Below, piece after piece: positions 37,158 to 51,192 of a DNA stretch of 64,000 bases. The first letter of the stretch is position 1. Every line of letters begins with the position of its first letter. The notes beneath the pieces are model-generated. The model searched no databases. It was not told the origin of the DNA and saw only the letters and a list, made by a program, of their open reading frames with translations. A program made the position numbers and the translations under genes. This stretch comes from Tubiluchus corallicola (Eukaryota; Animalia; Priapulida), in NCBI GenBank assembly GCA_030141605.1, contig JAQGDQ010000517.1, positions 62,001 through 126,000 on the forward strand. The letters run 5' to 3'.

Positions 37158-39515
37158 CTATACGACTATTCTGATGTTAATGTCAAAGATGGTTCGATTG
37201 AAGACAACGACCGTGAGGTATATTGCGCCTCGTTCGCTTTTGTCAAGTAAATTTCCTGATAAATTGTCAAATAAATAGCTACTGGTAAGCAAAGTTACGA
37301 CTCCATGCGACGGGTAATAGACACCTAAGTGAAGAATAGCAACGAGGGTGACATTCTTCTCAATAAAGGTACAGTAGCCTTTAAAGGAATTCGTCCACTA
37401 TGCGATGTTTCAATACATAGTCATATGTAGCTGATAATATGAATATTTTAATGGTTAAATTGAAAATGTAATTTAATAGCCCATGCATAACTAGTTTCGA
37501 GCATATATCTCAGCAGTAGACAACCATAAACAGAAAAAATGAAAAAGAAGGCATATACATCCCAGCTTGCAGTCACGCACTAGCTAAACAATTATTTTCT
37601 TTAAATTAGTAATTGCTGTCTATTTAACATTATACTGCAAGCTCATAACATTACATCAGAAACTATAGTAATCTGCGTTTCTTAGACAAAAAACTTTAGT
37701 TTAGCTTTAAAACCTATTGTATTATTCTACTTTGTACTGGGAAACGAATTTTGAAGCACGTTTCTAAAGCATCGCAAAAATAAGGAACTAAGTCAGGATG
37801 TTTCAATACTGTTGTCTGCAGTGGTAAATTGAAGTAGAACAATAAATTTCATTTCAATTCAGTGTTTTGGTGGTACCTTTCCGTTCATTGCATAACCTTC
37901 ATTGCATTTTTAGTAATAGAGAAAAGAAGGTTACAGGGAACAGACATAAAGACTACTTGCAAGAGGTGGTGATATACCTGATGTCTATGCCTCTAACCTT
38001 CTATTGACGTAGGTCTAGTCGATGGAAGAATCTATTACATGAAATTGTATATAGATGGTATCTCAAAAGAAATTCACCACTGCACCAATGACACATATTC
38101 TGTTGTTTTTTTTCAAAAACTCCGTAAACAATTTTGTAATTTCGATAGCAAGGGTCTTCAGTTATTTTGTGTTACGTTCGAGATACGTTAATTATATTCA
38201 CATTTAAGTCACTTCTATAATGAAATTATATAAATTAAATTCTATAAATTGAGTAGGTAGCAGTGCTTATGGCAAAACGTTTCTTTAAAACCAGTACATT
38301 CAATAACTGTTTTTTTGAGTTTTTTGAAAAGCTTACTTTTCAATCAAGACCAAGGCAAGTGTAATTCATTTGTTTTTAATGCCCGTGCTGCATCATAATT
38401 ATTTCAAAATTACCAACTTCATCAATTTTAATACAACACCAAAAATTAGCTCAACATGCGCAAGGTCATTTCAGAGGTTATACAAATAGCCACAAACCGC
38501 GCTTGGAAAGTGGGGAGCGTTGAGTATTTTGTTAAAAAACCGTGCAAAACTTGAAAACCTTTAGCTGCCAGAGTGTTAATTTTCAAGGACATTTATTTTA
38601 GTGTGAACAATTATAGTAAATTGAAAACAATGCAATAGTCGACGACCTTGCGCACAATAGCTTACAAGTGACATCTATAACTATCGTAACCTGGTATTGG
38701 AGACCCTCAAATGTACATAACTATATAAACAAGTGATATCAAAACTAAAGAACTGCAAGAATTTTTTGAAATGACGTTGGAAGGGAATGACCATTTTATA
38801 ACGGAAGAATGTTTTAGTTGCTGCTACGGCCATCAGTACAAAATATTTTTAGGTGCCCGCATATCCAATATTTTTGCCCAAATAACACGTGCTCGTGCAC
38901 CATGTTTCGCGATTTTGAGAAAAATCCCATAATTTTTCACAAGTATACTAGACTGTGTGGGATAACTCAGTTGAGCTCATTATAACAGCTGTTAAAAGCT
39001 TTATACGGAGAACAAAGTTTGACGTGTGTAACAATTTGTAATTCTAGCATTAGCGTTTTTGAAATTTTAGTATTGGTATTTATGCTGAGGATCTAAAAAG
39101 CACCAGTACAGTCAACGTCCAATAAGCAGATAGAGCAATTCAATAATGTTGCAGTCTGCACTCTGCTTTTGGAGATTTGGGACGTTTACTAATTAAGACT
39201 GATGCATTCTGCGACACTTGGATCCCACTCCCCAGTCTTCCCATGATGGGAATGAAGCGACAATTAAATGGCATGACTCCAAACGTAGCAAATTAATGTG
39301 AACTGAAGTGTCACTATAGACTTGATTGAGTATCGAGTCTTAAAGTGAGCGTCCAACGCTGATAGACTTTTAATGTACACTCTGATTCAAACCTCGAGTC
39401 GTGTTCATTCATTAAATGATTCTCATCAAACTGACCTGGTTATCAAGGGTTTCACTTTGCAGTTTAAACTTTTTGCGAACACATGATCTACTTATCAGTC
39501 AACGTACTTTGTTAC

Positions 39516-39752
39516 CAATACGCACTGAAATCACCGCAAATATGCAAAGTCGTCCAGAAGAAAGCATTGCCCCAAATAACTCGTAGCCCTTCATCTTGGT
39601 AGAGGCATTTGCAAAAGAGACCCACATCACCTTGTAACCCAGTTTCTTTTTCTTTACAAATTTCCATCCAAGACGCCCACGAAGCGCCGCCAAGACGTTT
39701 TACCTGCACGGTGTTCCGGCAATAAGGTGTCTTGCCGTTCCTAGAAGAGCAC
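39516..39752 (-). CDS. Candidate orphan exon CSSRNGKTPYCRNTVQVKRLGGASWASWMEICKEKETGLQGDVGLFCKCLYQDEGLRVIWGNAFFWTTLHICGDFSAY(W)
   Basis: GC-richer 237-nt open frame, donor |gtaaca, possible acceptors at 39781, 39752 or 39740; Cys/Trp-rich. A second frame is also open for 64 aa. Confidence 0.4.
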
Positions 39753-40549
39753 CTTGTAAAAAGAACGTTGTTGCGGCGCTTCTGTTGTGAGCGTGAGTAT
39801 AGTCTTTGTGCTCCATGTTTTTATATGACAAATAAAATGGACTTAAAAGAAGATTAGAGCTATTCTTTTCTTAAACGGCCATAGCCAAATGGAAAACTCA
39901 TTTAACACATCTTTTTGTTCAGTACTGACAAAGACATTGAGAATAAGTAATGAACATTAAGCAAACTTAAAACCAATTTTTTAATTTTTTTATGTGGAAT
40001 TTATCAATTATATTTGTAACCTAGGCAAATTGCACGTTACCATAATAATTTAAACTTTTTTACGCAGGCCAGGCCTTGGCTTAATGACTACCTAGGTTAC
40101 AAATAAGAAATACACGTGAGAAATAACATTTCGGATTTGCAGTACCGGATAATTCAGACTCTATACTATACGATGATAACTTATAATCAAGAAATGCCGC
40201 ATCTGTTATTCAGTCTCACATTACGTAACATTGCCGTAATGCCGTACGAGTCGTAGTAACGATAAATTAGTTGATTGCTTTGAGGACAGAGAAATGTACC
40301 TGTGGTCACGAAACGCATGTACAGACAGGATTCATTTATGGATTCTCGTTAGAAAATGATGGGCACAGTGTCAACAGAGTATCTATCCAGCTCAGCTTTT
40401 TTAGCAACTTGCAACGAACAAAAGGGCAACAGACTTTTTTGCGCACACTGTAAATAAGAACACGTACCCATGTAATTGGCTGATTATTATTTCTACCATT
40501 ACATTAATTAACTTAGCGCTTGAATTGAACCTCCATTTCTCTTGTTCTC

Positions 40550-40562
40550 TTGTTCTCTCTCT

Positions 40563-40604
<42 letters not shown>

Positions 40605-40640
40605 GTTCTCTTTTTTCTCTTTCTCTCTCTATTTCTCTCT
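40550..40640. repeat. (CT)n microsatellite
   Basis: Read directly; other simple repeats at 41600-41680, 53140-53170 and 56313-56350. Confidence 0.9.
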
Positions 40641-41612
40641 CGCTCCTCTATCTGCCTAATTCTTCATCAATAATAGTCTAGCGAAGGTAGTTTATGGAAT
40701 AATAGCAATTCATTCCAGAAAACTACGTAGGAACGAACTTTACTGCTAGCCGTAAAATTATTTTCAAATTTTCTCTATATATAAACGCCTGCTTCTTATT
40801 AAAAACTGTATTTCTAGTTCGTGAAGATCGCGCATCACTCTGTCAACTGGGAACAATAAACTGATGCACAATGCGTGTCCAAAAATGGGAGCAAGACTGG
40901 CGCACCAAGTATATGAAACTGTTTGCAGGCAAACAAAGCATTACTTAATTGTTAAAAAAGTAGTTACAAACTCGGTATAAATGACATAAACAACAAAAAA
41001 ATAAACGTTAATAATTGTTCCTAATTTAATTACCTAATAATTCGGCCTGTGTGAAATGAATGCAGTTTTAATGCAACATTATTACGACTACATGTTCGCA
41101 AACACACAAAAGAGTAAAATTAAAAGCTAAATTTCGTTACTTACACAAGAAGAATTTCATTGACTTCGGCAACTATTCTAAGTAGCTTCTCTGTTCTGAT
41201 TTGGTACAAGGTATGCGTTAAATTCAAGTTGTGAAATATATAAAATTTTGAACGGCAAAAATCACTATAATTATAAATGAAAGCTTGACAAAAATATCAT
41301 TCGTACAAATCCTAACTGCAACAACATGTAAGAATGTCTACGTAGGAACGTTTAATAGGTCTCATTCTTATGAACAGGATCAGTAACCGAGCTAAGTCCG
41401 ATCCGTTGACTTTTCTGGGTTCTATAAACACTACGGAAAGATTAGAATGATAAGGTTACCATATATAGTAGCTAGAGGTTCGGTGTCTTCCAAATATAAC
41501 ACAAATTTATTTACTTCAGAAATAAAGTAAAATTTATCCCCAAACGAACCACCTGACGCTTATAATGCTTATGTACATAAACTGTCTCTCCCCTCCTTTC
41601 CTTATCTATCTA

Positions 41613-41679
<67 letters not shown>

Positions 41680-43079
41680 TGATATATATAATTATAATTA
41701 TATATATAATTTATAAGTGATAGATATCAAAATAGTACTTTCCTTGAGTTTAAATTAAGGCTAATGAAAGGCGTTGCACTCCTCTGCCAAATAAGAAACT
41801 GATACAATTTCTCCTGAACACCGATGCATGTAATATTATGCTAAGCCAGTTTCAGTTATATGCAAGCCTATCTTTTGAAAACTCTTAATAATATGCAGTA
41901 GCCTTTTACGCACAGCATTTTATTAAACGTAAAGTTAAGCATTAAATATGCGTTAGATAATGTGAGTTCATAAACTGTGTGGCGTTGCATATGCCTACGC
42001 ATGAAATTGTGACTTAGCCTTTGCGGAGGAGGGTGACTATTTTATTCCATCGTTTATACTATTTTTACTGGCGATATTTACAGTGAAGTGAATCTACCTA
42101 ATTATTATTTTTTAAAACGATCGTTGACCGAAGATAAGGAAATGTAAATAAGTTTAAACCGAGACTTGATTTAAACTAGAAATCTTTGAATTTTAACTCC
42201 GATGCTATTTAGATCATGAGCAATCTCTTGTCATAATCCAAACGTTCGACGGTTCGAGTCCAGGACTCGTTTTACATTTCCGTTAAGTTTAGGTTACAAA
42301 TTTAACTTATGTGACTTATTTCCATCATTTATTTATAATACTGAAATTATAATTAAAAAAGTTAAAGAAACATTTATAATGAGAAGCAATATTTAAAAAC
42401 AAGAGTCAAAGTAGTTTCTAAGAGATATGTTTTAACAAAAAGGCGTCAGACAATGAAAACATTTATTATCACAGAGTGACGTAGTTGTCCTGATATCAGG
42501 CGTAAACATCAATATCCAAACATGTGAAAAGTTTTGTTTGGAATGTTAAGAAACAATTTGGAAAACAACAGCCCATTGCTAGGATGATTTACTTTGGCAG
42601 GACAAATATGACGCTATCGGTAGTTATTTCTTCACGGAAGACTACATCAACGGCGGCTGTAAGAAGAATGACCACTAAAATGCAGACACTTACATATAAA
42701 TCTAATCCTCTATAATCCAAACACAATGCAATTCCCATCAAGATTCTCGCAAAGTCAGATCCGGCCGCATTGCGTGACTCAATTTCTAGTTTAGTATCTG
42801 AAATGGCTCTAGGATACGATCATTGACTTTATATCTAAGATTAGGTTCGTAATTACAAACGCTTAATCTAGAGAAATTGTTGATGACCATGTACTTCCAT
42901 TCTTGCATCTTGTAACTTCATTACTTTCATTATAATAATTCATAATTTGATAGGCTTGAGACATACATTTTTTCTGCATGTAGTTGTGTAATACGGCTTC
43001 CTTTTGTTGATAAGATAAATTGAAATCTAGTGATGATAATTAACGATCAAATTTAGAAGGTCAGAGGCTCTGAAAAGTT

Positions 43080-43165
43080 GTATCAGCCAAGATTCGAACC
43101 TCAAACTTCGAGGTTTCAGACCATACGCTGACGCTCTAGCCATTTCAGCTATCAACCCACATGAC
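43080..43165 (-). mobile_element. tRNA-derived SINE head (Pol III A and B boxes)
   Basis: Minus strand TAGCTGAAATGG ... GGTTCGAATC with no proper cloverleaf; another B box GGTTCGAGTCC on the + strand near 42250. Confidence 0.55.
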
Positions 43166-43799
43166 TAAATCTACTTGTCTTGCCAGCTGCCAAATTGTGT
43201 AGTTCTGATGCTAATTTTAAGTAGCGATGAGGCGTTTTGCCTTATGATATGCTAAAAGTTTCATTATTGAATAGAATCATCATGCAGAACTCTACGTACG
43301 CATCTGGCAATGTCAAACACAATTGTGAAGATCGAGTTTTCCTCATAACAAACTGCTGACAATAGTGACCTTCATCACAAAATATGGCATCACGCACGCT
43401 TATTCGAATCAGTCAAAACGTTTTTATCGTCCTCCTATGAACTCAACTCCTTTATGCTTTGTCATTTTGTCATTAAGACTAGAAATTTTATTCTTTCTCT
43501 TTAAAATGGTTATTGAGAATTTGTAGTTATGTATTTATCTTTCGCACAATGAAAGTCGGATGAATTATTGTTTGAATCAGTATCATCGTTGAACAAACAA
43601 ATGAAGAATTATTGCCGTAAAATTATGTAAATCAATATCGTGGAAGAACAATCTTAATGTTCCGTTACACTTTCACTAGAACGAAACGAAGATTTTCATG
43701 AAACCTGTTTGAAATTGCTCGAGGGGCAATGAAAACTCTAGCTTGGGCTATACTCCTCAAAATGTCAGTAATGACTGCATGCAAATTTGATAAATACAA

Positions 43800-44830
43800 T
43801 GCACTTTCGGTCAAGGGTCAAATTTATCCATAATATCAGGATTAACCGATATACAATGAATTTTGTATTTAATTATACATTTCTTTAATTTGACATATTC
43901 ACCTGAAGAACCTTGAAAAATCACGAAAGGCAGTCTTAAGCCTGAAATTGCAATTTTGAACAAAAAATCGCCAGTACGACTATAGGTCAAGATACATAGC
44001 TGTACTTGATACCTAAGTTCTTCACAAGCTGGTATTTCCAAAGCCACATTATAAGCCAGTAATTCATGTGTGAATAGCATTTATTCAGCTTGTTGGTGAT
44101 CAGCCTCTTTCTGCCTTAATGATCCAATTGAGGAATCAGAATCGAAACAAATTTCAGCTTATTTTTCCAGACCTAGGACCATTCCAAACTTACATGTCCT
44201 TCATATCAGTCTTCAATAGGCGGTTCAGTAAAATGGAAAACAAAGATATGGTACAAGTAATATGACGATACTCTTCACTTTGGCTAAGTGATGTGATGCA
44301 ATACCCAGTCACTGATGAATACCTTTCAATATTCAACGTGAATGGAACGATGCGAAAGGTTTCGAAAATAAAGTTAGTTGACAAACAATAACTTGCTGAA
44401 GAAAACTGGCTCGATAACTACATATCTAAAGTAGACAGGGGCTTCATTTGCCATCATATGGAATAGAGAGAAGCAAGATTGTAAACATTTTGTTGAAGTG
44501 ATTATACCAACAAAGCATTTAACCTTGCGTTAACTCGTCTTCCAGAGAATTCCAAGATAATTTTTGTAAATGATCCATGTGATCTACATATAAGTATCAA
44601 AGACATTGAACATCAACAATTTATAGACTGGCTTTCCTTAATGGTGCCAGAAATACCTTCATGAAAAGAGACGATGACGTGCCACCTTAAAGCAGTTTAA
44701 CAACATGTTCAACATCCCTGGAAATAACATTCGGCTAGAGCAACTTTTGAAAACCGAATATAAGACTGTGTCATTGCTCTGACATAAGAAGAATTTCATA
44801 TATCTCTCTGAGAGGTCTTTGTTGGGACTT
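43800..44830 (+). mobile_element. Decayed large DNA transposon coding remnant, Academ (XPG-type)-like
   Basis: Stop-riddled translation LSDVMQYPVTDEYLSIFNVNGTMRKVSKIKL ... IIFVNDPCDLHISIKDIEH ... FNNMFNIPGNNIRLEQLL resembles the GxMRKxxKxxL / DxY...SIKDxE / NKxxL motifs I recall from Academ proteins. Confidence 0.45.
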
Positions 44831-47776
44831 GAGGTGTAAGAGCTCGAATGCAAATTCATGGAAATATACACTATTCTTCTATAAATATATTCTCAACTCG
44901 AAAAATCTTTATATTGTTATGACCTATGACTAGAAAGACACTTCGAGCTGAAATTCGAGCACGGGAATGGGAAGCAATAAAGAAAAAAATCTACTTTACG
45001 AATACCACCCGACAGGGGCTCCTGCAAGCGGTGTCCTAAATACTCAGTGCCAAAGTTGCCTGTGGATAAGATTATCAGTATCCAAATGTTTTGAGGATGA
45101 ACGTCATTGTGACTGTGTCCACTTGTCTGTGTTGAAGCCTCTGCTCACCACGAAGAGAGCAAAATCAGCAACGTGCGTAACAACCCCACTAATGTGAAAA
45201 CACCATAGTTCACGTTACGTTACTATTACGCTACTGTTTTCTTAGCAGTTTACGAGCAAAACAGCATAATACGCCAAAACATATAAATTGTTGACGAACA
45301 TACAATTATTAATTTATTGCTCAGTTATTGTTCGCTCGCTATTTATAATTACACGCTTAAATGCTGAAATAATTTGTTGGCACTAAATTTCATAGAATGC
45401 TTGCTGATGACCGAAGTTAATGATTTGCAACAATAAACCAAGCATACGGAAGCGACATACAACAAGGGCTGGTAATAGCATGTACTCCAACACAATTTTA
45501 TGGTATTCATATTGTATTCTAATGGTATGCCGACTGGAAAGGAGAAAAATTATTGAATTATTCAAGGTTTGTACGTTCTATTTTCATCCTGCTTTTCTTT
45601 TTTAATTTCACATAGTACTGCCACATTCTTTTTTTCCGTTTTACTGTTTCAAATTTCATTGGCTTCTACAGTTTTCATATATGCATAATTTCTAAACCTG
45701 TTTTCACACCCAGCTGATTTCACCTGTAATTTTGGTCACTTGTTTTGCTGCTTTTCAACATGACACTACTTCACTGATTATGTAGACACTGCTTCAGAAT
45801 AAAATTTTACAAGCAAATTTTCAAGTTTTTTGGTTACTTCAAACCACTGACTATAACATGTACTTAATAAATTGGTGCCTGTCGTAGGGTGTGATCGTAC
45901 GACACATTTTATCTGCGTCGGTCGTCGTCATCGTCGTCGTTTTTGTCATCATCATCATCATCATCATCGTCATAACCATCATTATTTTACTTTTTCTTGT
46001 GAATACGCTTTTGGCTCAAAGCCAGTGGTACACTGGGATAATGCTAAGTGATATAGCTTTGTACAGAAAGTTTTTCGGAGAGTCTTTAAAATATCTTCTT
46101 TCTCTCTTTTAAATAATTATTTTGGTTTTCACGGAGATGGCATGCAGGATAATATTTTATGTGGAAAACAGGTTAAATTCCAATCGGAATGGCAACCTTC
46201 ACAAAATGTGACCTTCCTAATAGCAGTTTTTATTTTCTCCATTTGAAGGGGAACAAGCATATAATGCTTCCTTTTTTGAGAAAAGATATCACCACATTAC
46301 ACATATTAAGCAATAATAATAAAGGCAGTTTACAGACATTACGTCGCCATCTACCATAATTTTTTGGACTAATCGAACTAAAATGCCGAACTAAGAACTT
46401 TAAAATGTTATTGACAAAATCAACTCAAAATTTGAAACACATCGGTTTGATCATTCTAAACCAAACCATTTTTAACAGAAACCTAACTGTAAATCTCTAA
46501 TTAGAGTCTAATCATAAGTGTACATATATTGCCCGATCAAGTTTTGTGAAGATGGTATGCGCAGATTTTCACAGGATTTGGCATAAAATATGTTGAAGGA
46601 ATATGCTGGAGCGGGGATAGATATTTTGTTTCTGTAGCAACTCCGAGACTAGCTGTAAGCTCTTCAGTTTCTGATTTTTTATTTGTAAATTATTTTAAAG
46701 AGGTGTTCTCATATACCAGCATGCAGCTCCTGTAGACAACTCCGCAAGTTACTGTAGAAAATAGACTGTTTACATGTAACAATGTGTAAAATAATTCCAA
46801 TATGTTTTTTTTATAAAGGGCAATAGAGGAAGTTTTAAAATATATCCCATGACACACAAAGTTATATTACTTAACAATATCTTACCTCTTTGAAAGACGT
46901 ATGCGATTGGAAAAGAAAATTCTTAATATTTAAAATGTTCTCGCCTACTGGTAAAACGGCACTGCAGCGCTATCCTAGTCTATCTACCGCTATCCACTGG
47001 CTCACCAAAAAACACATCATTGGTCTTACTGACAGTATGAAGTAAATTATACTTTTGCTTTGCTAGTGAAGAGTGTGCTGTGAACGCTCTGATTATTTCT
47101 CAAACTTTACATCTAAACTTGTTTTAAATAACACCGTTAAAATGGCTGCACCTAACGGTCATCGCGGGAGTTTAAATTTACAGGTTTTATGCAGCATTAC
47201 TACTAAGGCAGCGTGTAAGTGATACAAAATTTCAAGACAAATTTTTTAATCTTTATTTACAAAGAGTGTTTTCTTTTCGTTTAACTTAAATAGACTCCTT
47301 GGTCTCACTGCAAGGTCCAGAGAAAGGATATACTACAGATAAATTAATATTAGACTAACGTCCGGGAAGCGCCACTCTAGTAAACACAGGGAAACACAGA
47401 TACTCTAAGTAATGACAATATCTTCTTTAAATATATTCCATTTATTTAAGGTTACCTTACGAACACAGAAGTTAATTGTAGATCTGATTAGGGAGACATT
47501 GCCTGTCATGCCCTAATAGACCTATCGTGTGCTATTTGCATATGGACCTAATAATAGGACATTCTTACGCGATTGTGCTAGCATCGCAGTCGCAGCTGCC
47601 GTGCGAGTATGAACGTGGCTTAAAACAATTAAACGGCTGATATAATTTGATGTCTAATAAGCAGACACTGCTGCATACTTGTGGTTTAATTGTTAGTAAG
47701 ACACATTCACTATTGTTTGAATTTTAATTCGTTTCCAACAAGTACAAAAATCATTAATCTATTTTGTTGTACTTAC

Positions 47777-47925
47777 CTTTTGTGTTTCCTGTGTAAAAGG
47801 CACTTCCCAATGTTGAATTATGGCAGACGTATTAATCTATGAAAAATTTTGTGAAAGCAACTTTTTTCCTGGTGAAGCCAAAGAAGGAGAGTCAGACAGC
47901 ACAGCACAACTTAGTATTTAATACC
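47777..47925 (-). promoter_or_regulatory. Candidate promoter and non-coding first exon of a minus-strand gene
   Basis: TATTAAATA (47923-47915), then an ATG-free stretch ending in a strong donor aag|gtaagt at 47777. Confidence 0.25.
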
Positions 47926-49088
47926 ACTACTGCAGAGTAAAGGTGTTGGGGAGTCTTTCTATAAGGTTTGCATCCTCATCGTGAGTGGGAGGCTGCGCGC
48001 GTGACGGGTATGTCCTGCTACTCGTGCGCATCAACGTGTTGGCAGCATCTGTTTTATGCTCATTGACTGTTTTTGGTTTTCCGGTTAAAGCCCTGAATGG
48101 TAGCACTCCCAGTGGGTAATTGTAAAACAAATGTATTTCCTGAGCAAATGAAGGTCTGTTATTGCACGCCTATTAAACGAGTAAACTAAGAGCTTTCTAG
48201 AATTCAAAAATTTGTACGTGGTTCAAATAAAACATACTTGTAGACCTGACCTCATAGTAGATGTTGGTGATGGAGTTCTTTTTGTCACGTAGACGGAACT
48301 CTAAGTAAAGTCATTGCCACTCTGAGTCTGTGAGAGTGATGAAGGTGACGATGATTGAAAATGTCGTTCTTGTTCGTTGTTGTTTTCTTTTGCTCATGAT
48401 AAATACTGTTGTTAAATAGCGGTTAAGCGATTTTTGAGTCAAAGTCTTTCTTCGTAGCTTTTTACATTGACATTCTTTTTTAATGACCGTATATAAAAGA
48501 GAATAATTGTGTAGCAACTGGTTTAACAGTACACATCCTGTATCATTCAAAATTATGCGCAACCTGCAGAGTCCGGTATAATAGGAGTCTCTGAAAAAGC
48601 TTCTTATATTCAACTAAGACTGATTGTAGTGGATAAAGTGTGATCTGAATGGTATCCAAATTGGACGTTGACGTCAGTGGCGATTCAGAGGAGCTATGTT
48701 CATTATTACAGTTTATTACAGGTAATAAACTAAAAGCTATCCTAGTTCAGTAACGTTGTGATTGCTCGGCTAAATGAAGATAGAAAGGTGCAAGTGAGGG
48801 TAAAGCTAGAAATAACGAAATAACCCAGGACTTATACACTTGGTCTTGGAAACCTTTAGTTGTAATATTGTTATGCTTAATTTATGTTTCTCGTCTTCGG
48901 TTTCATTTCTCAGTTTCTGAAGTATCTTAGAGGGTTCATGGTGCTTTTCAATTTTAAGGGCGAAACCATGAGAACTAACACATTTTGGTAAACAGTGCAA
49001 AAATGGGTAGTTTTCAAGCACATAATTTACAATGAGTGTTTTCAATTTATTGTCTTCATTAATGTTAGTGACTGACCTGACTTTATTG

Positions 49089-49606
49089 CAGTGGTTCCCA
49101 AAGTAGGGGTAAATTACCCCCCGGGGGTAATATGTTTTTTTTTTGGGGGGGGGGGTAACGGGCACCCCTCTGAAAATTTTTAAAACTTCGCTCGGAATGC
49201 ATTTTACGTAGTTTTCTTCTTGAAGAGACTGCCTCCGGCAGGCAACACTGTGTCATGGGGTCCATCATTCGCACGTTCCCACGATCTCTGGTGCGATCCT
49301 GGGGAGAAGTCAAAGTTCAAGATTGTTTCTTTGGTTTCTTCTCTATCGACATTTCTGCACAGCATTTAAAGTTGACCATTGTGCCATTCATCGCTATTCG
49401 CTGGGGTCCAAAACGTTACCAGCTTTCTTGAAGGTAGTTTTTGACAGTGTCACAAGCAAACATAAATAATTTTGCTTGCTTGTGGCATATACGTGTGTTT
49501 ACTTTTTGGGTTGGAGAAGTAGTACTAGGTGGGGGGGGGGGGGGGTAATGGACACGACCGGGTTTCCCGATTTGGGTAACGGTCCGAGAAAGTTTGGGAA
49601 CTACTG
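49089..49606. mobile_element. hAT (Charlie-like) MITE, 518 bp
   Basis: TIRs CAGTGGTTCCCAAA / TTTGGGAACTACTG; perfect 8-bp TSD CTTTATTG on both sides. Confidence 0.95.
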
Positions 49607-51192
49607 CTTTATTGTCTATTCAATATTCATGGTGCTAAGTTATCTCTTTAACCTTACGTTCTATTGAGTTTAACGCAGAAGTACTGTAACGATGATAAAT
49701 TAATAGCACTGGGAGAAATGTCAAACGCTATGAATTATTCGATGCATCAGCAATAATTGAGTGTCAACTGTATTTTGTTTGTCTTACGAATTATAGACAT
49801 GACAATTTTATTCAGCTGTGTGCTGCAAAAAAACTATCTGAATAGAACTATAATGATTTTATCTTATAAAAGTCAATACGCTTTATAAATGTTAGTCGCA
49901 CGCGGGACTCGCAGAAAGTGTCACTCGATAAACGTTACACGTGAATCAGCTTTTATTAAAATACGCGTAGTTTTCCCAGTTCTTGTGAAGAACCTCTCAT
50001 TTTATGAGCCACGCGGAACTTACCTTCTAAAAGGCTAACAAGAGTAATTATTTTGAGATCATCTAATCTTGAACTCCCGCGAAATATTGTCCGAGTAATA
50101 ACATTTGTTCATTTGAAATGTAAACTTGCAATAAAGGAAAACCGCTGGAATCCGCAAACCGTTGACGGTAGTGCTTGGCTATGCATTGCGCAAAGGCAGC
50201 TTTGAAACAAGATTTGATTTCATAATAGTTTACTCATAAATGTGAAATCATTTTGTGCAACGTCGTAATTTATTAACAAAATAATCCGTGGCCAAATTAG
50301 TTTCTGTTTACAGTCTAAGACTTTATTGTCGTTTTACTGAGGAAGATAATTTACAGAGACCATATATAGCAAGTTGGTGGAAATTACGTGCGGACGGGTC
50401 TTGACACAACACACAAGCTGCATATTCGTGATGCTTAAATCCACCTCAGGTATATAAAACTAATTGAAGGTAAAGCTCAAATTCTTCTACATAAAAGATT
50501 GATGGTAAGTGCGCCCACAATCTAGAATAGTGCTAATAAAAATAAGGTATTATTCGAAGAAAACTTTTTCCCCTGAACGCATCCAAACCTGTTCGTGTGT
50601 TTACATTTAGTTACCCGCAGCAACCCAATTGGAAACTCCAGAAGTTTTTAAAACGATTTATATTCCAGCTAGAATGACTAGGGACTCCCTGCTTCTGCAG
50701 TTTCCAGGAATCATCCCATGTGTTTCAATTAGAGACAAACAGCAGAGTTTGAATAAATATTAGTTTAATGAAACGCGGATACGGTAGAAAAGCCGTGTGC
50801 GATTTGCTTGTTTGGAGAAATATCAAAACTGAATAAATTATTATATAAGTGGGGCTACGCTAATACTTCGGTAGAATATAAAAGACAGAGTTGCTTTATT
50901 TAGCTGTGAATAAAAATTGATGTACAGCTACGTAGGTGAAACTAACAAATTGTTTGCCATATTTCGGAAGGGTTTAATTAAAAAGTTGTAATGACCTAAG
51001 AGATTGTTGCAGATTTTCAGTTTAAACACCTCCCATTAATTCCTCCTCATTAATTAAGGGATTGGATCTGGGAACACTTTGCTACTAGCCAAATTATTTC
51101 CTAGCAAAAAATCATTTCGGATGGTATGGTACCATTTCGGCGGATTCTTTAAGTTTCATGTGTGCCTTTTTAGGACTTGAAATTTAGAGAGT

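Noticed and set aside
40297-40447. Apparent minus-strand exon with good splice sites
   Set aside because: The frames I translated contain stops before the donor, and no partner exon was found
43080-43165. tRNA gene
   Set aside because: A and B boxes are present but there is no acceptor stem or anticodon arm; treated as a SINE head
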